From positions 2,240,001 through 2,304,000 of the forward strand of contig CAWDML010000001.1 in NCBI GenBank assembly GCA_963803435.1: a stretch of DNA of 64,000 nt, read 5' to 3'. Below, piece by piece: positions 9,536 to 19,333 of this stretch. Numbering within the stretch: the stretch's first letter is position 1; each line of letters opens with the position of its first letter. A program made the translations under genes and the position numbers. Under the pieces are notes generated by a model. It was not told the DNA's origin and ran no database searches. It worked only from the letters and a program-made list of their open reading frames with translations. The DNA comes from an uncultured delta proteobacterium (GTDB lineage: Bacteria; Myxococcota; Kuafuiibacteriia; Kuafuiibacteriales; Kuafuiibacteriaceae).

Positions 9536-11084
9536 ATGGCCCGCGCGATCCGGGAGCGGCCGACGGTCGACGCGCTCATGGAAGCCGTCGGAAAGGGGCG
9601 TGCCCTGGAGCCGGAGGCGGCCGAGGCCCTCGAGCGCCTGCTCGGCGTCCGCGTCAGCCTGGACGGGCTCTCGCGGCTGTTCGCGCCCGGCTTCCCCGGG
9701 ATTCGAACATTCGCGATCGAGGTCCGGGTCGCACCCGATCAGGCGGTGGAGCTCACCTTGTGTGGGATCGCGCGCGACGGGACGCCCGTGTGGTCGGGCA
9801 CGCGGGCCTTCGCCTTCGGGCGCGACGGGTCCCTCGAGATCCACCGCGGCTTCGACGAGATCGAACCCTCTTACCAGTCACGCAACATCACGGTCGATCT
9901 GATGCAGCGCGAGCTCGATCTCCTGGCGCTGGTGGATCGCGGGCACAGCTCGCGCCTCACCATCGACGCCGACGAGGTCGGCCGCTACGTGTGCGCGCTC
10001 CACGGGTTCAGCTTCGCGGACGAGACCGAGGAGGGACCGCCCGTCCGCTCGGTGCGCGCGCTGGAGCCGCCCGGCGATCGCGCGCGCGTCATCGCGGCGG
10101 CGCCGGCGTTCGTCGAGCGGATGGCGAGCCAGGTCCAGGTGGGCCGCATCGCGATCGAATCGGCCCTCGAGCAGCTCCGCAAGGCGCAGAACCCGTGGGA
10201 CCTGGCGCGTGCGGTCCTCCCAGGCGAGGAGCCGGAGCTCGCCGAGGGCGACGACGGCGAGATGGGCGTGGGCGCGCTGGGCCGCGCGTTCCTGCTGGCG
10301 CACGACACGCCGGGGTGGCGGGCGGCCCTCTACCTGTACGACGACGACGAGAAGGCGCACAGGAAGCTGGGCTTCGAGTACCGCCGGCGCAAGACGCGGC
10401 GGTCCGAGTCCCGACTGGCGAGCGAGCTCCAGGAGTGCCGGGAAGCGCTGAGCGGATTCGAACCGGGTGGCCCGCATCCGCGCGCTGGAGACCCTCGAGA
10501 TGATCGCGCCCCCGTGGATCATCCCGGAGCTGCGCGCCATCGCCGAGGGCGAGGATCGCCGCGCCGCCGCCGTCGCCCGGCGTTCGATCGCGCGCATCAA
10601 CAGCACTGCCTTGCCCGACGACCTCTTGGTCTTCGCCCAGGACCGGAAGCAGGACGCAGGCCGGCGCGCCCTCGCGCTGCGGGTCCTCGCCGAGCACTTT
10701 CCCGCCCATCTCGAGGCGCACATTCCGATGATCCGGGTGGATCCGGATGCGCGGATCCAGCGGGCGGTGGTCCCACTGCTGGCACGCGACGCCGCCGAGG
10801 CGGGTCACGACCTGGCGTCGCTCCTCGCGGCCAATCCCTGGGAGGAGGGGGGCGCAGGTCGTCCGGGCCTCCTCGCGCTGCGCCTCGAGCTGGTCGAGCG
10901 GATGGCGCGGCTGCTCGACCCGCGGACCTTGCCCGTGCTGATCGCCGCCTACCGCGCACACCCGGCACCGTCTCCGCCGGAGATGCTCGCGTTGTCCCGG
11001 GCGCTGGTCGGGTTCCCAGATCCGCGCGCACAGCGGGCGCTCATGGACGTGGCGCGACGATTCGAGCGCCCCCAGATCCCTTAG
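9536..11084 (+). CDS. Hypothetical protein, GNAT-like N-terminal domain + HEAT repeats (one +1 frameshift at ~10457)
   Basis: Removing one T from GGATTCG (10454-10460) joins ORF 9536 to ORF 10467-11084 (RVARIRALETL, HEAT-like repeats); the apparent 877-aa fusion with the GTPase results from the frameshift. Confidence 0.65.
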
Positions 11085-11143
11085 GCCGGTTACTTGACGC
11101 GAATGCGGCCCGATTGGACACTGCGCGGGGTCCGGGCGAGCGA

Positions 11144-12169
11144 ATGCCGACCTACAACTACAAGTCCCGCGAGCTGATCGCGAAGATCGTGTATTACGGC
11201 CCGGGTCGCTGCGGCAAGACGACCAACCTGCAGCAGATCCACCAGCGGATGCGCCCCGAGACGCGCAGCGAGCTGCTCAGCGTCGCCACCGAGACAGACC
11301 GCACCATCTACTTCGACCTCCTCCCTCTCAACCTCGGCACCATCAGCGGGATGAAGTTCATGGTCCGGCTCTTCACGGTGCCGGGTCAGGTCTATTACGC
11401 CGAGACCCGGAAGCTGGTCCTCAAGGGGACGGACGGCGTGGTGTTCGTCGCCGACTCGCAGGATCACATGATGGACGAGAACCGGCAGTCGTTCCGCGAC
11501 CTGCAGGAGAACCTCACGGCGAACGGGCTCGATCACGAGACGATTCCGCTGGTGATGCAGTGGAACAAGCGGGACCTCCCGCACCTGATCTCGGAGGCCG
11601 AGCTCGACGCCACGCTGAACCTTCGCGCCGTCAAGGCGCTCTCCGCGGTCGCCTCGCAGGGCGAAGGCGTCCTGGAGACGCTCCGCTTCATCACACTCTC
11701 GGTCTTCAATCACATCAAGTCGGGTGGAAAGGCGAAGCGTCCGAACACTCAGACCGCGATGCCCACCTCCGGAAATGCAGGCCGCCCTGCGCCGCGTTCT
11801 GCCAGCGTCGGAAACGTGAAGCCCGGCACCTGGTCGGCGTCGCTCCCGAAGACCAGCTTCGATCGCACGGAGGAGTCCCCGGTTCCCCTGCCGCAAGCCA
11901 CGCCGCTTCAGCGCGCAACCACCACGCCGGGCGGGCCGCCGCTGACCACGGGTCCGCGCGCCGCGTCCATCGCAACGCGCTCGCAGCTCACCAAGGACGG
12001 CCCCAGGCCGGTGAAGATCACGTCCGATCTGGTGCTCGACGAGTTCAAGAATCTGGCGGTGATGCAGAGCCAGTTCGAGGAACGATTGACCGCGCTGGAA
12101 CACGAGATCTCGCGTCTGGGACGAGAGAATCAAGAGCTTCGTGAGCTTTTGATACGCCAGTCCCATTGA
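11144..12169 (+). CDS. MglA-family small GTPase with Pro/Thr-rich linker and C-terminal coiled coil
   Basis: KIVYYGPGRCGKTTN, TETDRTIYFD, TVPGQV, DGVVFVADSQ and NKRD are MglA signatures; about 145 extra C-terminal residues; no adjacent mglB. Confidence 0.9.
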   Translation: MPTYNYKSRELIAKIVYYGPGRCGKTTNLQQIHQRMRPETRSELLSVATETDRTIYFDLLPLNLGTISGMKFMVRLFTVPGQVYYAETRKLVLKGTDGVVFVADSQDHMMDENRQSFRDLQENLTANGLDHETIPLVMQWNKRDLPHLISEAELDATLNLRAVKALSAVASQGEGVLETLRFITLSVFNHIKSGGKAKRPNTQTAMPTSGNAGRPAPRSASVGNVKPGTWSASLPKTSFDRTEESPVPLPQATPLQRATTTPGGPPLTTGPRAASIATRSQLTKDGPRPVKITSDLVLDEFKNLAVMQSQFEERLTALEHEISRLGRENQELRELLIRQSH

Positions 12170-12314
12170 CGCGCAGATGCCCGTCGATCACGCCTCTGGA
12201 AAAATTGCAAGTCGGATTTCGGTTCGTCGCGCACTGTGATCGATCACGATCTGCGATCGCGATCGACCGGGGCGGGGCTGGTGGTCCGGCGGTCGTGTGC
12301 TATGCTGATTTTCG

Positions 12315-12623
12315 GTGACGCCGCCGATTCAAGAGGCGTTTGCAAAGTCCAGGGAGCGCGATTTGGGCGCCGAGGTCATCGATCTCGTCCACCTCCCGAC
12401 AGGCACCCGTCCCACGCCGATCGCCTATCTCGAGTACGACGACGTGGATCGCTGCCGCGAGATGGACTGCCTCTACTACAACCAGTGCCTCTCCTTCACG
12501 GCGCGCGTTCGCTGGCGCAGCTTCCATTGCCGCCAGTGCCCGCAGTACAAGATGATGCGCGGTGAGCTGGTCAACGAAGGCACCCGCGACCAGGGCCCTG
12601 CAGAGATCATCCAGCTCCGCTAA
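12315..12623 (+). CDS. Small Cys-rich protein (putative Zn/Fe-S binding)
   Basis: CREMDCLYYNQC...FHCRQCP; extended -10 TGcTATGCT at 12298-12306 just upstream of the GTG. Confidence 0.7.
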   Translation: MTPPIQEAFAKSRERDLGAEVIDLVHLPTGTRPTPIAYLEYDDVDRCREMDCLYYNQCLSFTARVRWRSFHCRQCPQYKMMRGELVNEGTRDQGPAEIIQLR

Positions 12624-12645
12624 ACCGCTCGCCCCTCTCGTCGTC

Positions 12646-13131
12646 ATGCTCTTGCTCGCGTGTCCCATCGAGGCTCGCGCCGAGTCGGCGCTCCTGATCG
12701 GCTTCCACGCCGGCGGGGCCGTCGCCACCGGCGCTGGCGATCCAGCCCACGCCCTTTTCAAGGTGGGCGCCGGCGTCGACTGGCTGCACGAGAGCGGCGT
12801 CACCTTGCAATCGCGCCTCGAAACCACCCACCTGATCGACTCGACCTTCGCGCTCCTGGTGGGCTGGTCGTTCGCCGGTCTCCGCGGCGACACCGGTCTG
12901 CCGCTCGGTGTGTCCTTCGGCGGGGTGTGCTCACTGGACACCGACCTGGTCCCCCGTGCCGGTGGCCGGGCGCAGATCGCCCTTGGCCTGTGGTATAGCC
13001 GCGCCCTCCTCGAGCTCGACGTCACGGTTCGCAGACGGATCGACGATCGCGGCGATCCGGACGGCCGCGCGATCGAGACGATCGTGGGGCTCACGCTGCG
13101 GGTCGTCCCGTGGGCTCCCTTTCGTCTCTGA
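12646..13131 (+). CDS. Secreted hypothetical protein, possible small beta-barrel
   Basis: Signal peptide ending ARA-E; alternating hydrophobic strands; C-terminal LRVVPWAPFRL. Confidence 0.55.
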   Translation: MLLLACPIEARAESALLIGFHAGGAVATGAGDPAHALFKVGAGVDWLHESGVTLQSRLETTHLIDSTFALLVGWSFAGLRGDTGLPLGVSFGGVCSLDTDLVPRAGGRAQIALGLWYSRALLELDVTVRRRIDDRGDPDGRAIETIVGLTLRVVPWAPFRL

Positions 13132-13155
13132 ACGTCTATATCCTACTCGAACACG

Positions 13156-14298
13156 ATGGAGCTGAACGACATCCTCGCCATCGCCATGAAGAGTGGAGCC
13201 TCCGATATCCACATGAAGGCGGGGCTGCCGGCCATGTTCAGGATCAACGGATCGCTCGTGCCGCTCAAGGACGGCAAGCGCACCGCGCCGGAAGACCTCT
13301 CACGCATGGCGCTCTCGATCATGAACAACTTCCAGCGCGAGCGCTTCAAGCAGTTCAACGAGCTCGACCTCGCGTACGGTGTTCCCGGCCTGGGCCGCTT
13401 CCGCGTCAACGTCTTTCAGCAGCGCGGCACCGTCGGCATCGTTCTTCGTGTCATCCCCTTCAAGGTGCGATCGCTCGACGAGCTCTCCCTGCCCCCGGTG
13501 CTGAAATCGATCGCGATGGAGGAGCGCGGGCTGATCCTCGTCACCGGAACGACCGGATCCGGCAAGTCGACCACGCTCGCCGGCCTGATCGACCACATCA
13601 ACACGCACAACACGGTCCACGTGATGACGATCGAGGATCCGATCGAGTTCCTGATCCGCGACAAGCGCTCGATCGTGAACCAGCGCGAGGTCGGCGTGGA
13701 CACGATGTCGTTCAGCCAGGCCCTCAAGTCGGCGCTGCGTCAGGATCCCGACGTGATCCTGGTTGGCGAGATGCGAGACGTGGAGACCATCGAGACCGCC
13801 CTGCTCGCCTCCGAGACCGGACACCTGGTGATGTCGACGCTGCACACGCTCGACGCGACCGAGACCATCTCACGCATCGTCTCGGTGTTCCCGCCCCATC
13901 AGCAGCGGCAGATCCGGCTCCAGCTCGGCGCGGTGCTGCGCGGCGTGATCTGCCAGCGGTTGGTCCCGACCAAGGACGGTAAGGGACGGTGCGCCGCCCT
14001 CGAGATCATGCGGTGCACCCCGCGAATCCGCGAGATGGTGGAGGACAAGGACCGGACCAAGGAGATCCAGGACGCGATCGCCGAGGGTCACATCAGCTAC
14101 GGGATGCAGACCTTCGACCAGGCTCTGATGCTCCACTTCACCGGAGGTCGCATCTCGTACGAGGAAGCGCTCCGTCAGGCGACCAACCCCAGCAACTTCG
14201 CGCTGCGGGTCCAGGGTGTCGCTTCGTCCTCGGACTCGAAGTGGGACAACTTCGAGGGCGCGCCCGGCTCCGGACCGCAGCCTGGACACTCAAGCTGA
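13156..14298 (+). CDS. pilT: PilT/PilU-family type IV pilus retraction ATPase (paralog)
   Basis: ASDIH, Walker A GTTGSGKSTT, TIEDPIE, ALRQDPDVILVGEMRD, His box ETGHLVMSTLHT and GMQTFDQAL. Confidence 0.93.
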   Translation: MELNDILAIAMKSGASDIHMKAGLPAMFRINGSLVPLKDGKRTAPEDLSRMALSIMNNFQRERFKQFNELDLAYGVPGLGRFRVNVFQQRGTVGIVLRVIPFKVRSLDELSLPPVLKSIAMEERGLILVTGTTGSGKSTTLAGLIDHINTHNTVHVMTIEDPIEFLIRDKRSIVNQREVGVDTMSFSQALKSALRQDPDVILVGEMRDVETIETALLASETGHLVMSTLHTLDATETISRIVSVFPPHQQRQIRLQLGAVLRGVICQRLVPTKDGKGRCAALEIMRCTPRIREMVEDKDRTKEIQDAIAEGHISYGMQTFDQALMLHFTGGRISYEEALRQATNPSNFALRVQGVASSSDSKWDNFEGAPGSGPQPGHSS

Positions 14299-14397
14299 GA
14301 CACGATTGATCCGATGAAATGTCGATGGCGGGCGCGGGCCGGCACGGTGTGATTGTCCCACACGGCCGTGAACTTTCGCCCGAGAGCGAGGGGCGCG

Positions 14398-16029
14398 ATG
14401 ATAGGCACCGACTGGACCTCTGAGCCCGTGTTGGAAACGCAGTTAAAGGTCAAGCGCCCGGGTCACTACGAAATCCTCCGCGTCGTCAACCGAGGCGGCA
14501 TGGGAGAGATCGCGCTCGGCCGCGTTCGGGGCACGAAGGGCTTCGAAAAGCTGGTCGTGCTGAAGCGCCTCCGCGCCGACGCCGAACGCGAGGACCACCT
14601 CGAGATGTTCGACGTCGAGCAAGAGGTGATGTCGAAGATCGAGCACCCGAACATCGTCAAGGTCTTCGACCAGCCGGTCATCGACGACACGCAGTACCTG
14701 GCGATGGAGTACGTCCGCGGTCGCAATCTCGACCAGGTCATCCGTCAGGCCAACATCACCGGGCAGACGCTCTCGCTCCGTTTTTCCTTGTCGGTGGTGT
14801 CCGAGGTGCTCCGCGGGCTGGCCTTCGTCCATCGCCTCAAGGACGGCGACGGCAACGCGCTCGGTGTCGTCCACCAGGACATGACGCCGAGCAACGTGAT
14901 GGTCTCGTTCTTCGGCGAGGTGAAGATCACCGACTTCGGGATCAGCTACGTCACCTCGCGCGACGGCGGACTTCGCAAGGGCGTCCTCAAGGGCAAGCCG
15001 CGCTACGTCGCGCCCGAGGTCCTCGCAGGCAAGCGCGTCAACAACCAGGCGGACATCTACGGCGTGGGCGTCGTCTTCTACGAGATGCTCACCGGCCGCG
15101 CCCTGTTTGCGCGGACGTCGGTCAAGGAGACGCTGGCGGCGGTCGCGCGGAACGAGCTTCCCAACTTCGGGGAGGAGTTCCCGAGCTACAGCCCCGGCGT
15201 CTGCCGGCTCCTCGAGCGCTCGCTCAAGAAAGATCCGCAGGATCGATATCGCACCGCCGAGGAGATGGCGGCCGAGGTGTTCGCAGAGCTGATGAAGCTG
15301 GCCGGCCCGCTGTCGCCGGCGACGATGGGCTATCAGCTCCGCGGCTTCTTCAAGGACGACCCCGACGTGCCCGAGGTCGACCCGGCGTACGAGGACGCGC
15401 TCGTGAAGAGCGGGACCATGCCCGACGCAAAGCCCTCCGAGGGCGTCGGGCTCAACCTCGAGGAGACGCTCGAGGAGCTCGATCGGTTGCTCGGACCCGA
15501 GAGCGTCGATCTCTTCACGCTGCCGCCCGAGCTCGAGAAGGAGCTGAAGGACATCCAGGAGGCGCACCCCTTCCTGGCCAAGACGCCGATCCCGGATTTC
15601 GTCTGGGATGTGAAGTCCGACGCGGAGCTGCTGGAGCGCGCGAGCAAGGAGCTGATCCGGGAGGCGCCGCCGCTCTTCGATGGACCCGAGCCGCCGCGTA
15701 TGCCGCCGCCGCTCGAGCCCAGCGGGCCCGACTTCCCGGACTTTGCCGCACCGCGCAAGCCACGTTCCGTATCGGGGCAGTATTCGATGACGAAAGCTGG
15801 CCCGGGGAACGTGGCGGACGAAGCCTCCGAGGACGGGACCGACCCTGCGAGCGCGGCCAACGGTGCGGCCCGGGCGCCGAAGCCGTTCTCGGACGAGGAG
15901 CGCTCGATCCCCCTCAACGTAGCCCTGGAGACCGGCGCGCTGCGACCGGATCGACTGTGGTTGGGGATCGTCATCGGCCTGACCCTCGGCCTCGCGATCG
16001 GGGTGGTCGTTCAGTACTTCCTTCGCTGA
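14398..16029 (+). CDS. Membrane-anchored Ser/Thr protein kinase (non-RD)
   Basis: RGGMG, VVLK, HQDMTPSN, DFG, YVAPE and DIYGVG; acidic/Pro-rich tail; C-terminal TM helix. Confidence 0.92.
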   Translation: MIGTDWTSEPVLETQLKVKRPGHYEILRVVNRGGMGEIALGRVRGTKGFEKLVVLKRLRADAEREDHLEMFDVEQEVMSKIEHPNIVKVFDQPVIDDTQYLAMEYVRGRNLDQVIRQANITGQTLSLRFSLSVVSEVLRGLAFVHRLKDGDGNALGVVHQDMTPSNVMVSFFGEVKITDFGISYVTSRDGGLRKGVLKGKPRYVAPEVLAGKRVNNQADIYGVGVVFYEMLTGRALFARTSVKETLAAVARNELPNFGEEFPSYSPGVCRLLERSLKKDPQDRYRTAEEMAAEVFAELMKLAGPLSPATMGYQLRGFFKDDPDVPEVDPAYEDALVKSGTMPDAKPSEGVGLNLEETLEELDRLLGPESVDLFTLPPELEKELKDIQEAHPFLAKTPIPDFVWDVKSDAELLERASKELIREAPPLFDGPEPPRMPPPLEPSGPDFPDFAAPRKPRSVSGQYSMTKAGPGNVADEASEDGTDPASAANGAARAPKPFSDEERSIPLNVALETGALRPDRLWLGIVIGLTLGLAIGVVVQYFLR

Positions 16030-16086
16030 CCTGGCCGTATGGGCAGGGTTGGCAGACCCCAGGATCACGGTATTGTGTTCCACTCG

Positions 16087-17235
16087 ATGGCACCCCCTCG
16101 ACGAGTTCTGGTCGTGGACGACGACGACGGCGTGCGGCGCTTCCTGAGCCGGCTCCTCACTCGCAACGGCTGGGAGGTCACGGATAGTAACAGCGCGAAG
16201 GGCGCCATCGCGGAGCTGGACGCCGGAGAGTTCGACGCGATCGTTGCGGACGTGTCCATGCCGGGCATGTCGGGCATCGAGCTGCTCCGCGCGGTGCGTT
16301 CTCGGGATCTGGAGCTACCCGTCATCCTGGTGACCGGCCAGCCGTCGCTCGAGACCGCCGCCGAGGCCGTCGACCACGGGGCGTTCAAGTACCTGATCAA
16401 GCCGGTCCACTCGGACGCGCTGGTCGCGGCCGTGGATCACGCCTCCAAGATGCGGCGCCTCGGAGTCGCCAAGCGCGAGGCGATGAAGATCGTGGGCGTC
16501 AGCTCGACGGCCGCCGACCGCGCCGGCCTGGAGGTCCAGCTCGACCGCGCGCTCGAGTCGCTCACCATCGTCTACCAGCCGATCATCTCCTCGCGGGACG
16601 GCGGGGTCTTCGCGTACGAGGCCCTGATGCGGAGCAGCGAGCCGGCGCTCCCCCACCCCGGCGCCGTGCTCGAGGCCGCGGAGCGCCTCGATCGGATCAT
16701 CGAGCTGGGCCGGGTCGTGCGAGCGCGGGCGGCGCAGCCGATGGCCGAGGCCGTCAACGGCGCGCTGCTGTTCGTGAACCTGCACCCGTCGGAGCTCCTC
16801 GACGACCGGCTCGCCGATGAGACCACGCCGCTCGGCCGCATCGCCTCGCGGGTGGTCCTCGAGATCACCGAGCGCGCCTCGCTGGAGTCCGTCGGCGACG
16901 TCTCGGCGCGGATCGGACGGCTGAGAGCGATCGGCTTCCGGATCGCCGTCGACGATCTGGGTGCCGGTTACGCTGGGCTCTCGACGTTCACGCAGGTGGA
17001 GCCCGAGTTCGTGAAGCTCGACATGTCCCTGGTTCGCGGCGTCTCGGACTCCGAGACCCGCCAGAAGGTCATCGGATCACTCTCGGCGCTCTGCCGCGAG
17101 CTGAAGATGGTGGTGGTCGCAGAGGGCGTCGAGACGGACCTCGAGCGAGACGCGCTGGTGACCCTCGAGTGCGATCTCCTGCAGGGATTCCGGTTCGCCC
17201 GCCCCGGCCCGCCGTTCCCGCGGGTGAGCTGGTAG
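16087..17235 (+). CDS. REC-EAL response regulator (c-di-GMP phosphodiesterase)
   Basis: Receiver domain (VVDDD, ADVSMPG, KP); YQPI, EAL, FVN, EITE, DDLGAGY, KLD, EGVE and QG motifs are intact. Confidence 0.93.
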   Translation: MAPPRRVLVVDDDDGVRRFLSRLLTRNGWEVTDSNSAKGAIAELDAGEFDAIVADVSMPGMSGIELLRAVRSRDLELPVILVTGQPSLETAAEAVDHGAFKYLIKPVHSDALVAAVDHASKMRRLGVAKREAMKIVGVSSTAADRAGLEVQLDRALESLTIVYQPIISSRDGGVFAYEALMRSSEPALPHPGAVLEAAERLDRIIELGRVVRARAAQPMAEAVNGALLFVNLHPSELLDDRLADETTPLGRIASRVVLEITERASLESVGDVSARIGRLRAIGFRIAVDDLGAGYAGLSTFTQVEPEFVKLDMSLVRGVSDSETRQKVIGSLSALCRELKMVVVAEGVETDLERDALVTLECDLLQGFRFARPGPPFPRVSW

Positions 17236-17241
17236 CGCTCC

Positions 17242-17954
17242 AGGAGCGTGTAGCGCGTAGCGCTACCGCGAGCCCGGTCCGGGTCCCGGTCCCGGTCCCG
17301 GTCCCGATGGCAATCATGCAGCCCGGCGTGCGTTCATCGGCCTCATCAAGTCGCGTGAGCATCTCGACAACGCGCTCGAGCTTGGCTCTGGCGGCGCTTG
17401 GACCTTCTGCTCGTTGGCGAGTCGGCGCCTCAAGCAGGTGTGGAGTGAGGCGGCGCTTTCGGTGCCAGAGCGAAGTGCCATCCGGTAGAAGCGAGCCTTC
17501 TCAGGTGGATTGAACTCTCCGGCGCCCTCGGCGGTGTTGTTCACGATGGAATCGGATGCCCGCCGAAGCTGATCGCGGACGTGAGCGTGACCGGGTTGAG
17601 CGAGAACTCGAGCCGAGAAGGCAAGAGCGCAGGCTGACCAGCTCGAACCATCCCCAGACCTGCAAACGCGCCACGGCAAGGCGGTCTACGCCCGCAGGAA
17701 GAGTATCGTCGAACCGGCGCTCGGACAGATCAAAGGGGCACGAGGATTCCGCCGGTTCTCGCTACGCTCCTTCTTCAAGGTACGAGCCGAGTGGACGCTC
17801 GTCTGCCTCACCCACAACCTGCTCAAGCTCTACCGATCGAAGCTCGCGACCGTCGCGAGCGTCTGACTCAAGGCAGCCATCTTCAGATCGGACCCGGACC
17901 GGGACCGGGACCCGGACCGGGGTCGCGTGAGCGCTTACGCGCTACACGCTCCTA
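17242..17954 (+). mobile_element. IS1182-like/four-helix-bundle element, copy 2 (713 bp, most deleted)
   Basis: Same ends and CCCGGT arrays; keeps the middle and C-terminal part of the passenger gene (17314-17600, minus strand), about 60 bp of central transposase and the transposase 3' end. Confidence 0.9.
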
Positions 17955-18629
17955 TTCGAGCTCGAACTTGATGACGACCTCGGTGAGGGACGGATCGAGC
18001 TCGCCGGCGTCCGCGCGCGACACCTTGTAGCGGCTGTGCTTGGCGAGGTCGCGCATCACCTTGACGAGCTCGCTTCGCGGCACGCGCCCGTAGATGGCGC
18101 CGTGCTGCACCTGATGCTGGCCGCCGTGGGCCTCGATGATCGCGACGGCCTGCGCCCGCGCTCGGGCGGGGCCGAGGCCGGGGGCGCGCACCACGAAGTG
18201 CGGGGTGAGATCGACCTGCTCGAGCGCGCCGGTGCCGCTGACCCCGACGCCGCCGGGCGTATCGCTCGAGCTCGACACCGTACCGATCGCCGCGAACGCC
18301 AGGATCGCGGCAGCCGCGATCGCGCCACCCAGGGCGACGCGTCCGAACGAGCCGCGCTCCGCGATCGGCGCCGGCTCGACCGCGCGGGCCTTCGACGCGA
18401 GCACCCGAGCGGCGAACCCCTCTGGCGCCGAGACCCTCGGCAGCGCCGACGCCGCCGCCAGCACCCGGCGGCGCGTCGCCTCGAGCGCGCGGCACGCCTC
18501 GCAGCCACGAAGGTGCTGCTCGAGCCACTCGGCGTCGCTCCCGTCGAGACGCCCCTCGCCTCGCTCCTCGTCGAGGCGCTCGTCGATGAGCCGCGCTGCA
18601 CGACCATGAGAAAAAGCGAAAACGTTCAT
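17952..18629 (-). CDS. Zinc-finger (zf-HC2) transmembrane anti-sigma factor
   Basis: HLRGCEAC ZAS motif; one TM helix; overlaps the ECF sigma stop (ATGA). Confidence 0.85.
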   Translation of the reverse strand: MNVFAFSHGRAARLIDERLDEERGEGRLDGSDAEWLEQHLRGCEACRALEATRRRVLAAASALPRVSAPEGFAARVLASKARAVEPAPIAERGSFGRVALGGAIAAAAILAFAAIGTVSSSSDTPGGVGVSGTGALEQVDLTPHFVVRAPGLGPARARAQAVAIIEAHGGQHQVQHGAIYGRVPRSELVKVMRDLAKHSRYKVSRADAGELDPSLTEVVIKFELE

Positions 18630-19255
18630 TTGAAGATCCTTTCGAGCCGAGTGGCGAGCGCGGAGCGGCCTCGATGAATCCGACTCTTCACGGTGCCGAT
18701 CGGCAGCCCCGTGATCTCGGAGATCTCTTCGTACGAGAGATCCTCGACGTCGCGCAGCACCACCACCACGCGGTGCTCCTCGCCCAGCGTCGCGATCGCC
18801 TGCTGAACCAGGGCGGCGGTCTGGTCGCCTTCGATCAACGCGTCCGGGCGGCGATCACCACCGTCGTCGATCCGCATCATTCGCTCGTCGCTCAGCTCGT
18901 CGATCGAGCGGCGCATGGATCGACCCCGGCGCTCCAGGTACTTGATCCGGTTGAGCGACTGATTCTTCGCGATCCGAAACAGCCAAGTAGTGAACGCGCT
19001 CTCCCCGCGAAAGGTATCGGCGTTCTTGTACACGGTGAGGAAGACGTCCTGCGCCACGTCCTCCGCCTCCGCGGGATCGCCGAGGAGCCGGAGACAGAAC
19101 GCGTAGACCCGGTGCTGATGCCGGACCACCAGCGTTTCGAAGGCCGCGTCCTCTCCCTTGGCGACCCGCGCACACAGGGTTCGATCGTCCGCCTCCACCG
19201 TCGACACGAGCACCGGCCGCAGCGGCTCTCCCTCGACGGTGCGAGACTTCGACAT
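18626..19255 (-). CDS. ECF RNA polymerase sigma factor
   Basis: AEDVAQDVF, FTTWLFRIAKN and LSYEEISEITGLPIGTVKSRIHRGR. Confidence 0.95.
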   Translation of the reverse strand: MSKSRTVEGEPLRPVLVSTVEADDRTLCARVAKGEDAAFETLVVRHQHRVYAFCLRLLGDPAEAEDVAQDVFLTVYKNADTFRGESAFTTWLFRIAKNQSLNRIKYLERRGRSMRRSIDELSDERMMRIDDGGDRRPDALIEGDQTAALVQQAIATLGEEHRVVVVLRDVEDLSYEEISEITGLPIGTVKSRIHRGRSALATRLERIFK

Positions 19256-19333
19256 GGCGGCTCGCACAGGGTACCGGACAACGGGCGGCCGGCGAGAGTT
19301 CCCGCGAAGTGACCGGAGTCTAAGTGGTCGAAA

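Noticed and set aside
9536-12169. 877-aa ORF that looks like a giant fusion to MglA
   Set aside because: The middle section is out-of-frame Arg/Gly/Pro text caused by a one-base insertion at ~10457; two separate genes fit better.
14347-14363. GTGTGATTGTCCCACAC as a CRP site upstream of the kinase
   Set aside because: The half-sites are 5 nt apart rather than 6 and one is mismatched.
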